Shown: in pieces, positions 36,701 to 50,885 of the stretch
How the letters are laid out: each line of letters opens with the position of its first letter
Position numbering within the stretch: the first letter of the stretch is position 1
Source: Blasia pusilla
Lineage: Eukaryota
Reading direction: 5' to 3'
DNA length: 64,000 bases
Assembly: GCA_050084515.1 (NCBI GenBank)
Contig: CM114271.1
Location: 7,750,001 to 7,814,000, forward strand
Position numbers and translations under genes: made by a program
Notes under the pieces: generated by a model
The model's database searches: none
Told to the model about the DNA's origin: nothing
The model's input: the letters and a program-made list of their open reading frames with translations, nothing else

Positions 36701-39700
36701 GTTTGAGCAGAAAAGCTTGAACAGGGAAAGTAAGTCCTCCTGAATGACTTATGTCGAATAACCTTTGTTCTATATGATTGAAGCTTTTGTTGTTAGTATG
36801 AAAGAGCTTACTGGTTTAATTTTTGTCTCATCTTTGTTGAAGTTCCATCCCAGTAGGCTTCCTGATTTGAATTTCCTTTTGAGTTTTGGTCCTTCTTCCT
36901 TCAGGAAGCAACCATGTAATTCTTCTTTGTGCAATCATCGCACCTGCATGGATCCATTTCTGGGACCTTCCAATTAGCTGCACAATTGTGCACTGATTTT
37001 ATGTTCATTTGAATGGTTTTATGTTTCATAAATTTCATAAATGTTTCTTGTTAGAATGAAGGTTTTTGGAAATAATCTAGGTTTTTCCTGCTTAGAGCAA
37101 AATTTGGATAAAAATTTACTATTGTCGGTGAAACAGGTTGCAGCAGAGGATGATAAAATAGCATCACATCTTTATTGTCAAACTGCCCGAGAGCTCCGTG
37201 AGATTGGCAGTAAGTTGGCTTCCCCGAGTAACCTACAGGTTGATTTGTGGACAAGGTTAGATTCTGTGTGTAATCCATGCATCACAAAGTATCCATGATA
37301 AAGGTGATAGAGAATATTATCTTTGAAGATAATATCAACTGAATCTGCACCTGCTGAAAGGTTAACTGGCAAGAAGATTTCTCAGGGAGTGGTCTTAGTG
37401 GGTTGCTTGTAATTGTAGATGTGACTGGTATGTAAGACAGTTGTCAAATAGGACTAGTGAATGTGGTGATGATCCCAGACTGCCTCTTGTTACAGGAGAT
37501 CTTTCTACAATGCAGTCTGGCCAGCATGCCTTTCCCATGATATTCTGAAATTTGTCAATTCTTCTAAATTCAAAATTTCCCAAGATGAAATAGAACTGAA
37601 GGATTGTTAAAGACCTCCCTTGATTGGATTGTGGGTATAGACGAATAGACATACAAGTCCACTAATAAACCAGGATGAATAATTCTTTGATGGTTTGATC
37701 TGGATGCAGTTCCTTGCAATGTGTATTATTTATTCTTTGATAAGTTAGAGGCCCCACAGGAGAAAGACAAGTGCTACAAAGCCACAAACAGCTTAAATAT
37801 TCAGGTATGTACTGGAGTGATTGTTATTCTGTAATTCTACAAGAATCAGAATCTCTTACATCTACGAGGGACCAGGGCTTTGTGGGGCCATACAATGGAT
37901 TTAAGATGCTTTCCAGTGGACTCCAAGGATGACATAACCTTGAATTACTTCTGACCCTAAAGTCTTATTTGACTTGGTATCTTGACATATTTGAACTTCT
38001 TCTTTCCTCTCTTACTATGCTGAGTAAATTAGAGAGCAATCACAGTGTTTTGTTAAAAAGTGTCCTGCTGAACAATCCACCTGATAGAAGCAGATGTTGA
38101 CCTCAAAACAACCGGAGTTCTCACATTGCAGATGCTGCTAACTGTTTTGGGTTAGCACAGATAGACAAGGATTTTCAGTCCAAAAGTTTCCAAATCGATC
38201 TCTTTGGGCGACTGAATGGACGGGACCTTCCTCAGCCTTTCATTTACCGAATGAATGGAGGAGAGGTTGCAGCACAGATGTCAATGCATGAGCAAACGGT
38301 AAGAACTCATGTATTCGAAGTGTTTAAATCTTACATGACGTCAATTGTGTCTTGTGCAGCCTAGGCAAATTGGCTGACCAGTTATGTTTCCTCTCCAGTG
38401 CACTTTTGATACCTTTTATTGCTGTGCAGTTGTTGTCAAGTAGCTAGCAGAAATTCTGTATTAGAGCTGTTAGAATGCCGCAGTTTGTGTTTCCTTGGTT
38501 ATGCAGCCTACTATGCAGTGTGGGTAGGTCCATGACACCTAAATGTTTAAGGTTTTGAATATCATCAAGACCCCAATCAACAGCATTTAACACTGATTGT
38601 AGTTCCTACTAGCTGGCTACGAGTTTCATGACTGTTATCTGAAAGCAGCCCTCTGCGTTATGCACTCTAGTGTACTTGCATTGGGATTTATGTTCACTTA
38701 GCTTCAGTAAAACGGGGGCTTTGGACAGGCGAAGTATAGGCAGGGGCATCAGATGCGTCACCGTCTGGGACTGAGTACTCAATCTGTTGGAAAGGGAGTG
38801 GAGGGTAGAGATGTCTTAGCGGCAATGGAGAATGATCGCTCAGTGAATGGCTATTATGGGAGTGAGCATCCTGCGGACCACCATATTCGATGTGGGAAGG
38901 TATGATCTATTGACTTCAGCTGTGATGTTCATATTTTCTTGACAAAATGTGTAGGTTAGTTGTTTTTTCAATTTGGTTTTTTCGTCAAGTAGAATCCAGG
39001 ACTGGCTGACATGGACCCTGGGGGCATGTCAGAGGAATTTGCTGTAAGAGTCCTGTAAAGCTGGTCCTTTGGGGTTTCTACATCTTAATACATGCATATG
39101 ACTGAGTGGCTTTTGCCAATTCCAGGGTCGTGAAGGACTTGAAGTTACTGCGCATGTCTCCAAGGATCATCCTCACCAACTCAAGTAGGATTGTGTGCTC
39201 ACACAATGTGTCTTTCTTAGTTCCTTTGGAAAATTTTCCTGCTTAAAATGTCGTATGTGTTGAAACTGTAAATTTGAAGGCTAGTTCTAGAAACCACATG
39301 GAATAGGTGGGGTTTCTTGACTTTGAAAATTTCTTGTACACCTCTCGGTAACCTTGACTACTTCATTTATTCTTGTGATTGAAACAGGCGTTTGGTCCTA
39401 ACAGTCATCCAGGTTCCTGTAAACCCCCTGAAAAGACCGGAGCAGTTAGCAACTCGTGGTCCTGCATTTCAGCCGGTGTGTGAAGGAAGATGTGAAGGAA
39501 GTAAAGCAGGTCTTCAAAAGGATGCAAATAGGTGTTGTGTGCTATCACCTAATGGAAGCTCTCATAAAAGTGAGATCTTGTTTGATAGCCATAAGACCAC
39601 AGGACCATCTGAAAGTCCGGTTCCTTTCAAGGACAGTGTCCATAATGCTTCGCATGCTTCAGATGTCTCTCCATCACCTGAATGCACGGTGATGGAATCT

Positions 39701-42700
39701 AAGAAGGGTGATGGGAAAGTCAGGGATGGGGGTACTGGATTGAGTGAGACTTGCCCAGAAACTTCACCAGGTACTCAGGAAGCTGGTGTGAAGACTGCTA
39801 CTAAGAAGAAGAAGAAGAAGAAAGGCAGACGAAATACGCGGAGCGCAATAGAAAACATGAACACAGTCTCTCCTAAAGTGAAAGAGTCTGTGCACGTTGC
39901 GACAGGTGATAGCCTTCCTTCTAATGGAAGCGGTGGTTTTGTTGGGAACGGCAGTGATCACATTATCCCTCATGACTATCCAAGAGGATCGCTTGAGAAG
40001 GTACATGTTGGCAACAAAAGATTCTCGCATGTAAAACAGGATGGGATGAAGATGTGTACAGGCGAGGACCAGGATTTCCGTGGAGAAGTGAGTCAGAGTT
40101 TGCATGGTGAAACCTGGTGCCGTCTGACCTCCTCGATGGTGCGGTATATAAGTGAAGGCTGTGTTTTGGAAAAGTCCTCGCAAGCAATTGAAGGGATCCA
40201 GGATGACTTGCTTGGAAAAATTCCACAAGATGTCTTTGATTTGAAATCAGAGCAAACTCGTTTTGCTCTGAAGAAAGAGTCTAAGAACGTGGAAATTTTA
40301 GATATGATCGCAAATGCTACACATATGGAGGAAGATACCAAGGATGCAGGACAGGGTTGTAGTAATGTCAGTGAAGAAACATCATCATCGAGTCCCAGTA
40401 GAGAGAAGTCAAAATTCAGGAATCCACTGGCATGCGGGACTAGTCCACATCACACTGTGTCAACCTCAAATGGTCTCTCTGAGAGGTTAAATTTATTACA
40501 TGTGTCTGGACATGAGAATCCTACATTGATGGATTGGGATTCTGAGTATTCCTCAACTTCAGCCAAGTTATCTGGTTGTTGTGAGGGATCACACTTGCCT
40601 TTAAGGGAATTAGTAGGAAATGTGGAAGTGCATAATGATTCGAAAGAGCAGGTCAGCTACTCTGACTCAAAGGTTAGTGCCCGGGGTGGTCAAAGCACTA
40701 GTGGTGCCGGAGGGAGAAATGGACGGGGCAGTGCAGAAGGCAGTAGCAATAGAAGCTGTGGAAGGGGTTCTGAGGATCGAAGAGGCACAAATGGATACCA
40801 CGGGGGAGGACAGGGATCCAGTGGTAGCGGTCATGGAAGTGGACCTGGTGGTAGTGGCATGGGTGGTGGCAGTGGAGGTTCAGGAGGAAATGGAAATCGA
40901 GGAGGTGGTAGCAGTGCAGATGGTTGGGATGGTCGTTCTACTGATAATAATGGTGGAACTGGAAGTAAGGAAGGAGATGGTGACGAAAGACATAGACCTC
41001 CCTTCCAAACGGGAAGCAATGGGGAAGCACCAAGTGATTCGTCACAGAGGAAGAAAGCGCTGAGCCCCCTGGAGCATCAACTTACTAATGCGAGAAAAAT
41101 GACTATTGGGGCTGGAGAGGTACTTTCAAATGGAATTAGCAACAGTGTTGGTACTATTGCTTCAACTAGTGGGACTGGTAAGGAAAATTTAAATTCCTAC
41201 TGGCAAAAAGTACAAAAACCTTGTGACGGAGAAGAAATTGCTGAGCCAGAAGAGATGATGGATGTTCTTGGTCCTTCTCAGAACAATTGCAGGACAGAGT
41301 CAGATGAGGTTATGTTTGGTGGTAGAGTTGATTTGAGGTTTCATCCTTCGTCCACTCACCTGAAAGGTCATCTTCAGGATGAACGCTCTCCTTGTAGAGA
41401 AGATGCTCTTGAACACATGAGCGTGACTGCAGGTGATGATTCTCATGAGCAAGGAAGTATGCTTGAAGATTTGGGGATGGTTGTGAAACCAAGCATGATC
41501 TCTTGGTTGATTGATCATGATGTCATGTCCAGTTCCAGTCTCTCTGGTCATGCTAGAGATTTCCAGATGTCTATAGCTTTGAGTGGGCAAGCGAAGGGTT
41601 CATGGCAGAGAAAACTGGTTTCTGAAGATTGTCAACCCACTCATAAAGTTGCGTCAGAAGGTTTGCAACATGTTGGTCCTTCAAGGGGGCAGGTAAATGT
41701 CAGGCAGTTAAGTGTAAGGTCCCTGAAAAATGGTGCTCTTGTCAGAGGCCAGATATCTGAAACTCAATTTATTAGTCACACTAGATCTTTCTCAGCTCCT
41801 TCCACTCCCCACGATTTTGAGGATAACTTCTCTGAAAATGGAGACCTGAGTTACTATCAACAAACAAGGCAACTGCAAGTAGTCTCACATCAGCCAGTTG
41901 TGTCAGGTACAGCCAGACAAATAGAACAGGCAATGAGTCAAGGGTCTCATGTTCGACCACAATCAAACAACACTTCATCCTTAGTGCAGCCGGGAGAAGC
42001 GAAGTCAGGTTCGGATGATGCAGTTCCAAAAATGCTCTCATGGAAAGGTCGGAAAGTTAATGGAGAACAAGAAAGGCCAGCACCAAGAGAAAAGTTTTTG
42101 GGAGACAGAGAGCGGAGTACGCATTGTGCTCAAAAGTGGGTTCCTGTTGAACCCAAGAGTGGGGGACTTGGTAAGGGATTCAATAGTCAGTTAAAGTCGT
42201 CCACAAATGTACCTATCGGGACCTCAGCCGAGAACATCAGCAGAGAAAGTAAGGAGGAAGAGGGAGATGTTGTGGACTTTAAACAAAGGGGAGTGATTGA
42301 CAATGGCAGTTCTTGTAGCTCATCACCTTCAAAATCTTCAAGGCAGGTCCTACATGTTGGCTCCAAAGGGTCAGACTCAGAGGAAAGAGCTGCATATCCC
42401 ATTGAACTTTCTGTAGATAATCAAGTTCCCTCTGGGCATGTGGAACAGGCCAATCTGCGGAACCTTCTTCCGAAGGAAAGGATAGTGGATAGTCCACTTA
42501 GCCACCTTGGACCTAGCATGGATAGTCCATTAGGCAGGATGTCTGTAAAACCTGAACTCATGAAATCTCTGAGATCTTCCGAGCGAAAGTGCTTTGTGAA
42601 ATCAGATGAGACACATAGGGAGAGTAGTGGAGCTTTTAGACCAGACTTATTACCTGAACAAAAGGAAACAAGGGAAGCTGCAAAGGCAGTCTTGGATGCA

Positions 42701-44726
42701 GTCTATGTCTCCTGTAGGAATCGAGGAGCATCAGAGAGGGTTGCGCAAATGGTCGGATGCCCCATGGCGCAGTTTGAGAAAGTCCTAATAGCTGTGGCGC
42801 CATCATTTGTTCCTGAGATTCCTACACCAGATTCTGTATCTTTCTGTAGGGGTTTGCAGGAGTTTGATAGTTCATGCATTAGTGGTTTTGAAGGAGCTGT
42901 GATGTCAAAGGAATCATGTTCATCAAGAGAGGATGATGTTTCAATTAGTAGATTTGGGCTTTCAAACACTCCCTTGTCTTCAGTTTGGCAGTGGTTCGAG
43001 GAGCCTAGTTACTACGGGGTTGAAGTTAGGGCTCTAGATTCACAAAGAGCTTACAGGGATGGTGGAGATGACGAGCAGTTTCTTGCTTACTATGTACCTT
43101 ACTTGTCGGGCTTGCAACTTTTTGGACACTCGTCTCATCTTGAAAATGATTACAGAAGCAGAGTTGAGGGTGCTAGCATAAGTGTAAAGCCAGTGTCTTC
43201 TCCAAATTCCCAACCTAGATCGTTTTCTGGTATGAGTGTCCTGGCAACCCTTTTCCCTACACCGGGAAAAGTTGATGAGTCGAACTTACATCAATGGCCA
43301 GATTACTGCCCTGCTTCTGGACAGGCATGCCCATCTACAAGAAGTGAGAGTCCTTTAGATGTCCATCTCATTTATGAGTTTTTTGATGCCGATCAGCCAC
43401 AAATGCGCCAGCCATTATTCCCAAAGTAAGTAGGCTTCTAGACTCTGGAATTGAAGTTTTTGAATACTTTCATGAGGTTTCTTTTGTGAAAAACCTTTGT
43501 CCTAACTTTTTTGGAAGATCTTCACCTGTTTCTGGGATTTTGTCTGAGACAGGGTTTTGGATATGATTGGGATAGACTTGATCTAATTTAAAGGTGGATG
43601 AATTCCAGAGTGAAAGATTTAATGAAGGGCGTCACCAGTCTAAACTCCCATAGCAGTGGTAGTGCAACAGCCTTGGAGAACTTAAGCTTGGGTGATATCC
43701 ACCCTGCGTCATGGTGAGTGTTAGTCAGACTGTACCTTTGTTCTACAGGAGGTTGGGCCAATTGATGGTAGATTGCTTACATTGAAGGTACAAAGTTAAG
43801 ATGGTGATGAGGCCTCATTGGGACATGACTGGTAGATTTGGGTGTGGAATGCAGCAGTAATTGTTGAAGTTGTTACTTGCTAATGTCAATATCTTCAGTG
43901 TATCTCTTCTATTCATGCAGGGAGAACAGTAATCTGTCGCACTGGCTCTGTTATCTACGTGACTTGGTGAAGCTTTTTCTGTGCTGATGTGAAAACCATG
44001 TTGTGCAGGTTTGCCGTTGCTTGGTATCCCATTTACCGGATATCTGAAGGACCTTTGAGAGCAGTGTTTTTGACATATCACTCATTCAATCATTTTACTC
44101 CCACAAGCAGGTTGTTTTGTGCAACGAGTGGTGGTGCTGACATCGATGATACAAGCAGCATATCGTTACCAGTAGTTGGTTTGGAGTGTTACAATATTCA
44201 GGTGAGTCAGCTTCATGGATTATTGCGTGTGGAGTTGAGTTGTGCTGAAAATGGTAGATGTCATCTGTACCAAGGTATGGGCTAGTTTTAATAATCTCGA
44301 CAAGGGTTGGTCGTCTCTTTGAGGTTTGCGGATGGTCCCCTCTTGCTTCAATTTTGATGTAAGATGTTTTTGTTGTATCTTATGTTGCTTCTCCATCTGA
44401 TCCTGTGAACTTCACACCTACTTAAAATACTTGTGGTGATGGTTAATCCTGTGTGATCACAGGCTGAGCCATGGTTATCCATGGTGAGCAGCTTCAAGGA
44501 GGCTAGTAAAAATATGGAAAGGTTTCCAGTGAACCCTGCCCAATGTTTGGATGATCGGATTAGCTCTTTGAAGGCGGTGGCTGCGGTGATGGCGAAAGGA
44601 ATACCTCATGGGAAGGCCCTCAGTTCTGCAGACAGTAGTAGTAGTAGTAGTAATCACAACAGTAGTAGTGGGTCAAGCAAGTTTAAACACTCTGATTATG
44701 AATTTTTTTTAAAGCGACGGCGATGA
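30251..44726 (+). CDS. DUF789-family protein, multi-exon, with predicted N-terminal ubiquitin-like domain and long low-complexity middle region
   Basis: GT-AG exons join in frame: 30251-30295, 30430-30480, 36330-36539, 37137-37238, 37760-37804, 38161-38298, 38729-38899, 38993-39043 (optional), 39126-39184, 39388-43425, 43609-43713, 44009-44201, 44463-44726. DUF789 motifs: VWQWFEEPSYYGVEV, AYYVPYLSGLQLF, SWFAVAWYPIYRI, FLTYHS, LPVVGL, HSDYEFF. The 3' exons are very secure; the linkage of the 5' exons is predicted. Confidence 0.85.
30673..30752. repeat. (CA)n microsatellite abutting a LINE 3' end
   Basis: About 40 CA units. Confidence 0.97.
30753..31730 (-). mobile_element. LINE family A (RTE/RTEX-like) 3' fragment with several internal deletions
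   Basis: PTLFNILVNSLL...WDADTKQRDRLEAVQ...CALCDNGDETSSHYLVSC. Colinear with 34261-35950 and 47900-49310, with gaps. Confidence 0.85.
31731..33221 (-). mobile_element. LINE family B (RTEX-like), 5'-truncated, RT through 3' tail
   Basis: GVKQGCPLSPTLFGLYID, LLYADDIVL, LYASEVWG, ARFRCGS, CRFCNSGLVDDEHHYLSDC. Ends in a (TTCA)n tail. Confidence 0.88.
33222..34120 (-). mobile_element. LINE family A C-terminal fragment, fused in frame to family B RT
   Basis: ORF 32789-34090 switches from family A sequence (…HYMRVS) to family B RT (TSGVKQG…). Confidence 0.85.
34150..34245 (-). mobile_element. LINE family B 3'-terminal fragment with tail
   Basis: Matches 31731-31820 (GAATGAAT...TTGTCCACGGGGACCCCACAGGGCCATGGGAC). 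Confidence 0.85.
34261..35950 (-). mobile_element. LINE family A, RT to 3' end
   Basis: DLKKAYDTV, GVAQGCPLSP, LIFADDF and a C-terminal CCHC-like motif. Ends at a (TC)n tail. Confidence 0.9.
35956..36231 (+). mobile_element. LINE family B 3' end, inverted relative to the rest of the cluster
   Basis: Reverse complement of ~31731-32002, ending TCTATTCATTCATTCATTC. Confidence 0.88.
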
Positions 44727-45509
44727 GGCAGGTGTACAGAATGAAGAAGCATTGTAGACAAGGCACATTCTTTTCCTCAAAATTGGGGTTGTAAATTTTT
44801 TTCCCTTGCCTGACAGGTAGCCCTAACCATGTCCCAGTTGCAAGCCTTGAAGTTTTGTGGTAGTCCATTCCATGATGGCCTGCATTCTTGAGACATGTCA
44901 GGAGAAGAACTGCAACTTTTTGGGTGTGAATGGCAGCCCAGCGGTCCGTGTTTTTTTGTAAAGTAAAAGAGAGTAGATCAGTCGGTGAGACAGACATTGT
45001 TTCATTCATTACAGTTTAAAAAAGCTCTTCCAAAGCTGGAAACAGCAAGACGAAAGGACTTTCCAATCAGTCATTAGCTATGTGGCAAATATGTGGAAGG
45101 ACACAAGCTGGAGGCCCTCAAAGTGCCAGGGTAGAGTGTCCATCGGAATGTCTGATTCTTGTACCTCATACTGTCCTTGTGGTCATTGAGCGGTGACATC
45201 AAATGTAGCTTTGTGTTAGCCAGGTTGCTATTTTGTGTGCCTTTTTTCGGAGATACTCCAATTAGGCGAGTATTTCTCAATAAGTGATTCTAAACTGTGA
45301 GTGCTTGTTTGAAGAGATGAAAGTCTCCATGATCCTGTAGTCTGGTCGGGAGTGGATTCCTGTAGATATTGTTCGAATGATTAGGGGTCTCAGGATGATT
45401 ACCAAAATCTGCCATTGTGCAACCAAAAGGAGAAATCTTCTTGCATACTTCACGTCTCTGAAACTATTGTGCAATCCCCACTTGCACATTTTAGATCTAT
45501 GAAATGATA

Positions 45510-46090
45510 ATAAAACTTAAATAGAAAAGTGGATGGGAAACCCATCAGGATACAAAGGAGTGGGCATAGAGATCCAAAGAACCCCAATGGCCAAAATCAG
45601 CCCCGAAGAGTTGGAAGGTGGTCCCCCCCTAACAACCAAAATCATCAATAACATAGGCAATATCAATAACACCTTGAGAATTATGATTATTATTAAGTGA
45701 ACCTCTAGCATTAGCGTCTCCAACCGTTTGAGTCCGTTATAAAAGTCCACTTGCGCGGGCACCTTATAAAGCTATGGACACCTGTTGCTTACATTAAAAT
45801 ATCGTAGTGGCCAATGAAAACCCATTTCTATAACGAAATGCACATGTCAATGGTTAAGGGGATAAATCGATGGTTGTCATGAAGTGCTTATAAATGTGGG
45901 TCTTCTTGATCGCCGCAGCCCCTCCTTGTAGTAATCTCCGTTGTGCCACCACTTGGGCACGCACCGCCTCCCACGAAGGATCCGTCACTACAACATCCGT
46001 TACGACCACCTCAGACTTCCGCGTCATGTAGAGATCAACACGGATAAGGGAAGCACGGATATGAAAGGATTGGACAATCCTCGGTTGCAT
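45510..46090 (-). mobile_element. 3' remnant of the CRE-like element family
   Basis: SLIRVDLYMTRKSEVVVTDVVVTDP...AAAIKKTH matches 27130-27290. Confidence 0.8.
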
Positions 46091-46271
46091 TGCATGAGCA
46101 GGTAGTAATGTGAGGTTACTTGAGCGGCACCTTTGGGGTTGTTCTTTGTAAAAGGTTTCGGAAAACCGGTAGGAAATCCCACTTTATCGATGCGGACTAC
46201 GAAACGCCGGCAATGTACTCGATCCCGGGAAAAACTCCTCGGAATTTGCTTCAAACTACTCTAGTGCACAC

Positions 46272-49200
46272 GGCTGATCACGATGTTGAGGGAACTTCAA
46301 CTGATGGCACTTAATGATAGGCATAAGGTGGGATCCTCGGCTTGGACTAGGGTCAACTTCAAGGAGAATGAGAGCTCCATTGTGGACTACATAGCTGTGG
46401 ATGAGCAACTCTACACACGCAGTGGGAAGATCACAGTGGATGCGACAGACATTGGAAGATCAGATCCCCTCCGGCGCCACCTCTACCGCAACGTACCGCC
46501 GCATTCATTGGTCTGGACAGAGTTGCAACAAAGGCTAGAATGCTAGACCAAACCAGTGAAGAGGGTGATCAAGAAATGGAGGATAGAGGACTTCCAAGAT
46601 GAGGGCAACAAGAAGGTGTACATTGGCAAGCTGGAAGAAAATCTCTTGGCATTTGACACTTTCATTGAATCTACCGTCAAGACCTTTGGGTTCACGAGAA
46701 CAATTGTGGACATGGTGCTAGCATGGTGGGAGCGTGGAGTGACAGATGCGGTCAAGATTGCTGTCGGCAGGAAATTGATAATATGCGGCAGAGCCGTCAA
46801 ATGGTGGTCCTTGGAACTCAAGGCAGCCATTGCCAAACAAAGGGAAGCGTATGTCACAAGTGCCAAAGCCAGGGACGATGCATCCTTGTGGGCAGAGTAT
46901 GTGGCCCTACGCAAGGAAACCCGTCTTCTCGTGCGCATGCACAAGAAGAAAATGAACCAAGCCACATAATCATCCATCAATGAGAATTTCACTAAGAATC
47001 AGAAAAAGTTCTGGATGGAAGTGCAGAAATTGAGCAAGGCCAGGGACAAAAACGACGTAAAGGCCTTGAAGAGAAAAGACGGTGGAATGGTGACCATAGC
47101 TAAACAGATCCGACATGTGTTGGAAGGCCATTACAAGGAGTTAGGCAGGAAGCCCGCTCCGACATCCCTTGAAGAGCAGAACTTCGAGAGGGTGGTGGAG
47201 GATTTTGTAAAGATACAACGGGAGAAGGCAGATGATGAGGTTGAGTTGGGCAACGCATATAATGATTGGTTCTCCTGGCTGAGGTGGGAGCAGCGATCAA
47301 AGAACTTGTGAACCACAAAGCGGCGGTGGTGATGAGCTTGTGAATGATTTTGTTAAAGTATGGCGATCTTTGCTATGGCTCGTTCTCTAGTGAGTCTCTT
47401 CAACCTGGTCTCAAGCGGGCGAAGTCATCCCACAAAGGTGGCGGATGGGAGTCATCGTAAACCTCTTCAAGAAGGGTGAGCGAGAAGACCCTGGAAACTC
47501 TGGGGGTATTATATTGCTGAGTGTAGTCGGGAAGCTCCTTTGCCGTATACTCAACAATAGGATCTCTGTGCCCCTGGAGGAGAATTCTGTCATCAAGGAA
47601 GGCCAGGCTAGCTTCCGGCAAGCCTGAGGATGCGTGGACCACATCTTCACCTTCAATCAGATCATCCAGGGTAGGGAAAAAGAGGGGAAACCCACCCATT
47701 GCTTCTTCTTGGACCTCAAGAAGGCATATGACACTTGTATGGCGTGACGGGCTTTCTTATAGCTTTGTGGAAGGCGGGGTGAGAGGGAAAATGTGGAGGG
47801 TGGTGGTGGAAGATGTACCAGAACACAAGGAGTAGAGTTCTGGTGAATGGCCAAAAGAGTGGGACATTCGACATCAAGCAAGGAGTGGCTCAAGGATGCC
47901 CGCTCTCCCCCACCCTCTTCAACATTTTCGTGAATTCCCTATTGGAAGAAATGGAGGATAGTGGACTAGGCATACGGGTGGGCAACAACTCTATTGTTGC
48001 CCTCATGTTTGCTGATGACTTTGGTGGCCAGAGAGAAACTCCAAGAGATGATCTCCCTGACCAGAATCTGGTGTCACATGTGGGGCATGGAGGCAAATGT
48101 ACTAAAGTGCGGTGTGATGATTTTCAATGGCAAGGAGGAGGACCAAGACCAAGAGTGGTACTCGGGTGACCAAGAGATCCCCCGTGTGGCTACCTACACC
48201 TATCAGGGCATAGAATTCTCGGAAGATTGCATGTGGGATGCACACATCAAGAAGACTCTTGAGAAAGGCCACAAAAGATGAACGGTCTGTCGATTCCTCT
48301 GATTCCGGGACATCACATCGAAGTAAAGTCTTTGTGTCATTTTGCATACCATTCGTCCCTTGCTGGAATACGGGGCAGCGGTGTGGGATGCCGACACCAA
48401 ACAAAGGGATAGGCTTGAAGTTGTGCGGTGAAGGCGTTTGGGTATGATGTCAACTTCATCACAAACACCAGCGTTGGTGTGAGATCGAACTCGGTGTGGA
48501 ACCCTTGGAGGATAGACGTGACATCGCCAAGTTGAAATGGCGGAGAGGCAGCTGGAGACAATGGACTCCCCATCGCTATCCTAAAGAGGTGATGGGGAAA
48601 ACTGGACCCAAAGAAGACCGTAAGTAAAACAGGCCAAATCTTGGGCGGGAAAAAGGTTCAAGAGATTGTGCAAGCATCCAAGCATCCAAGTCAGCAGGCT
48701 CTGAATGGGGAGCAAGATGAGAAAGCATTCGTGGATACCATAACCAAAGAAGTGGGCAAACGCCCACAATGTCTCCCTCCTCTCAGAACCAAAGACGGAG
48801 GAAGCCATGAAAATGTCGACCTCTCTCTTTTGACGGTATATCCCGAGAGGGCAGAATGAAGAACTTTGCGGGGAACCCCTTGCTTGGGAACCCGGCTCAA
48901 GTTCAAGTTCGTGGACGGGACAATCCCCTTGAACCATAAGAAAAGCAGGATGGGAACACAACTAAACTCTTGCGCCTTGTGTGACGATGGGGACGAAACC
49001 TCTAGTCATTACTTGGTCTCCTGCGCGAAATTCACAACACACAGAGCAAGAGCATTTGTTGATATTGCTAAGCTGGTAGCACCAGAATTGTTCGACACAT
49101 TCAGTAGCCTTGATTCATTGCCCAAAGCTGCTGCACTGGTAAGTAATGTCTATTGGGGATCCCAATCAGGTAAAGTAGATGGTGTGGTGAAGAGTTTCTT

Positions 49201-49316
49201 GGTTGACACTTGTAAGCTCGGCACAAACACGTTGTTTGGTCGACACTCACACTATATGAGAGTGTCTCCCTCCTCTCATATGGTACCTTCTTCACTTGCT
49301 TCTCTCTCTCTCTCTG
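46272..49316 (+). mobile_element. LINE family A, long degenerate copy (end of APE endonuclease - RT - C-terminal domain)
   Basis: SSIVDYI (APE), IVNLFKKGEREDPGN, FLDLKKAYD, QGCPLSPTLFNIF, MFADDF. Many frameshifts. Confidence 0.9.
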
Positions 49317-50885
49317 ACATGTTTATTTGAGACAATCAAAGGCTCCCTGTAGTCCGGATCTCGGCAGAGAGTTCAAACTGGTCTATAGGAGGTGACAACT
49401 GTTCCACATTAGTATTTTTGATATAGGTCCCACAATAGACTTTGTTTCATTTAAGATCATATGCGGAGCTTTAGGCTTTGAAATCCTGGCTACAGCTAGG
49501 GTTACTCAAATGATGTATGGCCGTCAATGTATCTTTAAGGCGTCTATCAAGGGTAGAGAAAGCCAATACTTGACTTGCCTAAAAACCAGGTGTCTTTAGA
49601 ATTGAGATGTGCCTACAACTGGAGGGCTATGGTAGTTAAGGGTGGTTCTAGCTTGAAGGAAAGGCCCATCTCCACAAAACCGCTGGTGATCTACATACCT
49701 TATATCTGTAGTGCTCTCCAAGGAGCCAGCAATGAAAAGCCTGCACATGAAGAGGTTCCATGTTGCAAGCACCCACACCTACGCCAGAAGCATGCCCGCC
49801 CACCCCTAACCCACTTAGTGACAGGTCTACGTTTGGGTACCTGGAACTTTAGTGGACTAACCCATGCAATAAAAGAACTGGAGCTTGTTGAGGTTTTGCT
49901 GAAAAATGAAATACATATATGCGTTGGTGAGAAAACTTGGGAAACCAAGTTAATGGAGATACCCCATGTACAACACTTTGCATGGTTTTGAAAGATGTAC
50001 AGCACCAAGAGGGACAACAACAGAGGTATGAAGGATTTGGGGTTCTTCATCAGAGACTTCATGATAGACAGGTGTGAGATCATCAACACATGCCTTGACG
50101 ATGAACACACGATCAGGGTCAAAGTTGGAGTAGAGTGCAACTCACGGGATATGTATATTGGGTGTATTTACATGCCCACAAACAATGAATGTGCTGTTGT
50201 AATAGAGGCAACATTTGATACTGTGAAAATTGATTGCCTTGGGTTTCGGACAAAGGGGAACATAGTCTTGCTGGGAGACTTCCATAGCTGGGTGGGGCAA
50301 GGCACTCATCCCCAAGTGGAGTTGGGGATGTTTGGAGATGTGAGAGTGAATGGAAATGGCACACGATTGATCACGATGTTGAGGGAACTTCGACAGATGG
50401 CATTGAATGATAGGCATAAGGCGCATTCCACAACTTGGACTAGGGTCAACTTCAAGGAGAATGAAAGCTCTATATTGGACTACATAGCTCTAGATGAGGA
50501 AATCTACACACGCAATGGGAAGATCATAGTGGATGGGATAGACATTGGAAGATGAGATCATTCATTGGATTGGACAGAGTTGCAGCAAAGGCTAAATGCT
50601 TCACCAAACCCGTGAAGAGAGTGATCAAGAAATGGAGGATAGAGGACTTCCAACATGAGGGGAACAAGAAGGTGTTCATTGGCAAGCGGGAGAAAAGGAT
50701 CTCTTGACATTTGAAACTTTCATTGAATGTATCGTCAAGAGCTTTGGGTTCACAAGAACAACTGTGGACATGGTGCAGGCATGGTGGGAACATGAAGTTA
50801 CAGATGTCACTGAGATTGTTGTCGGCAGGAAATTGAAAATATGCGGTAGAGGCCTCAAATGGTGGTCCTTGGAACTCAAGGAGGC

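Noticed and set aside
40680-40980. Gly/Ser-rich tract as a separate gene or repeat element
   Set aside because: It is low-complexity sequence inside the large DUF789 exon; overlapping ORFs on other frames are shadows.
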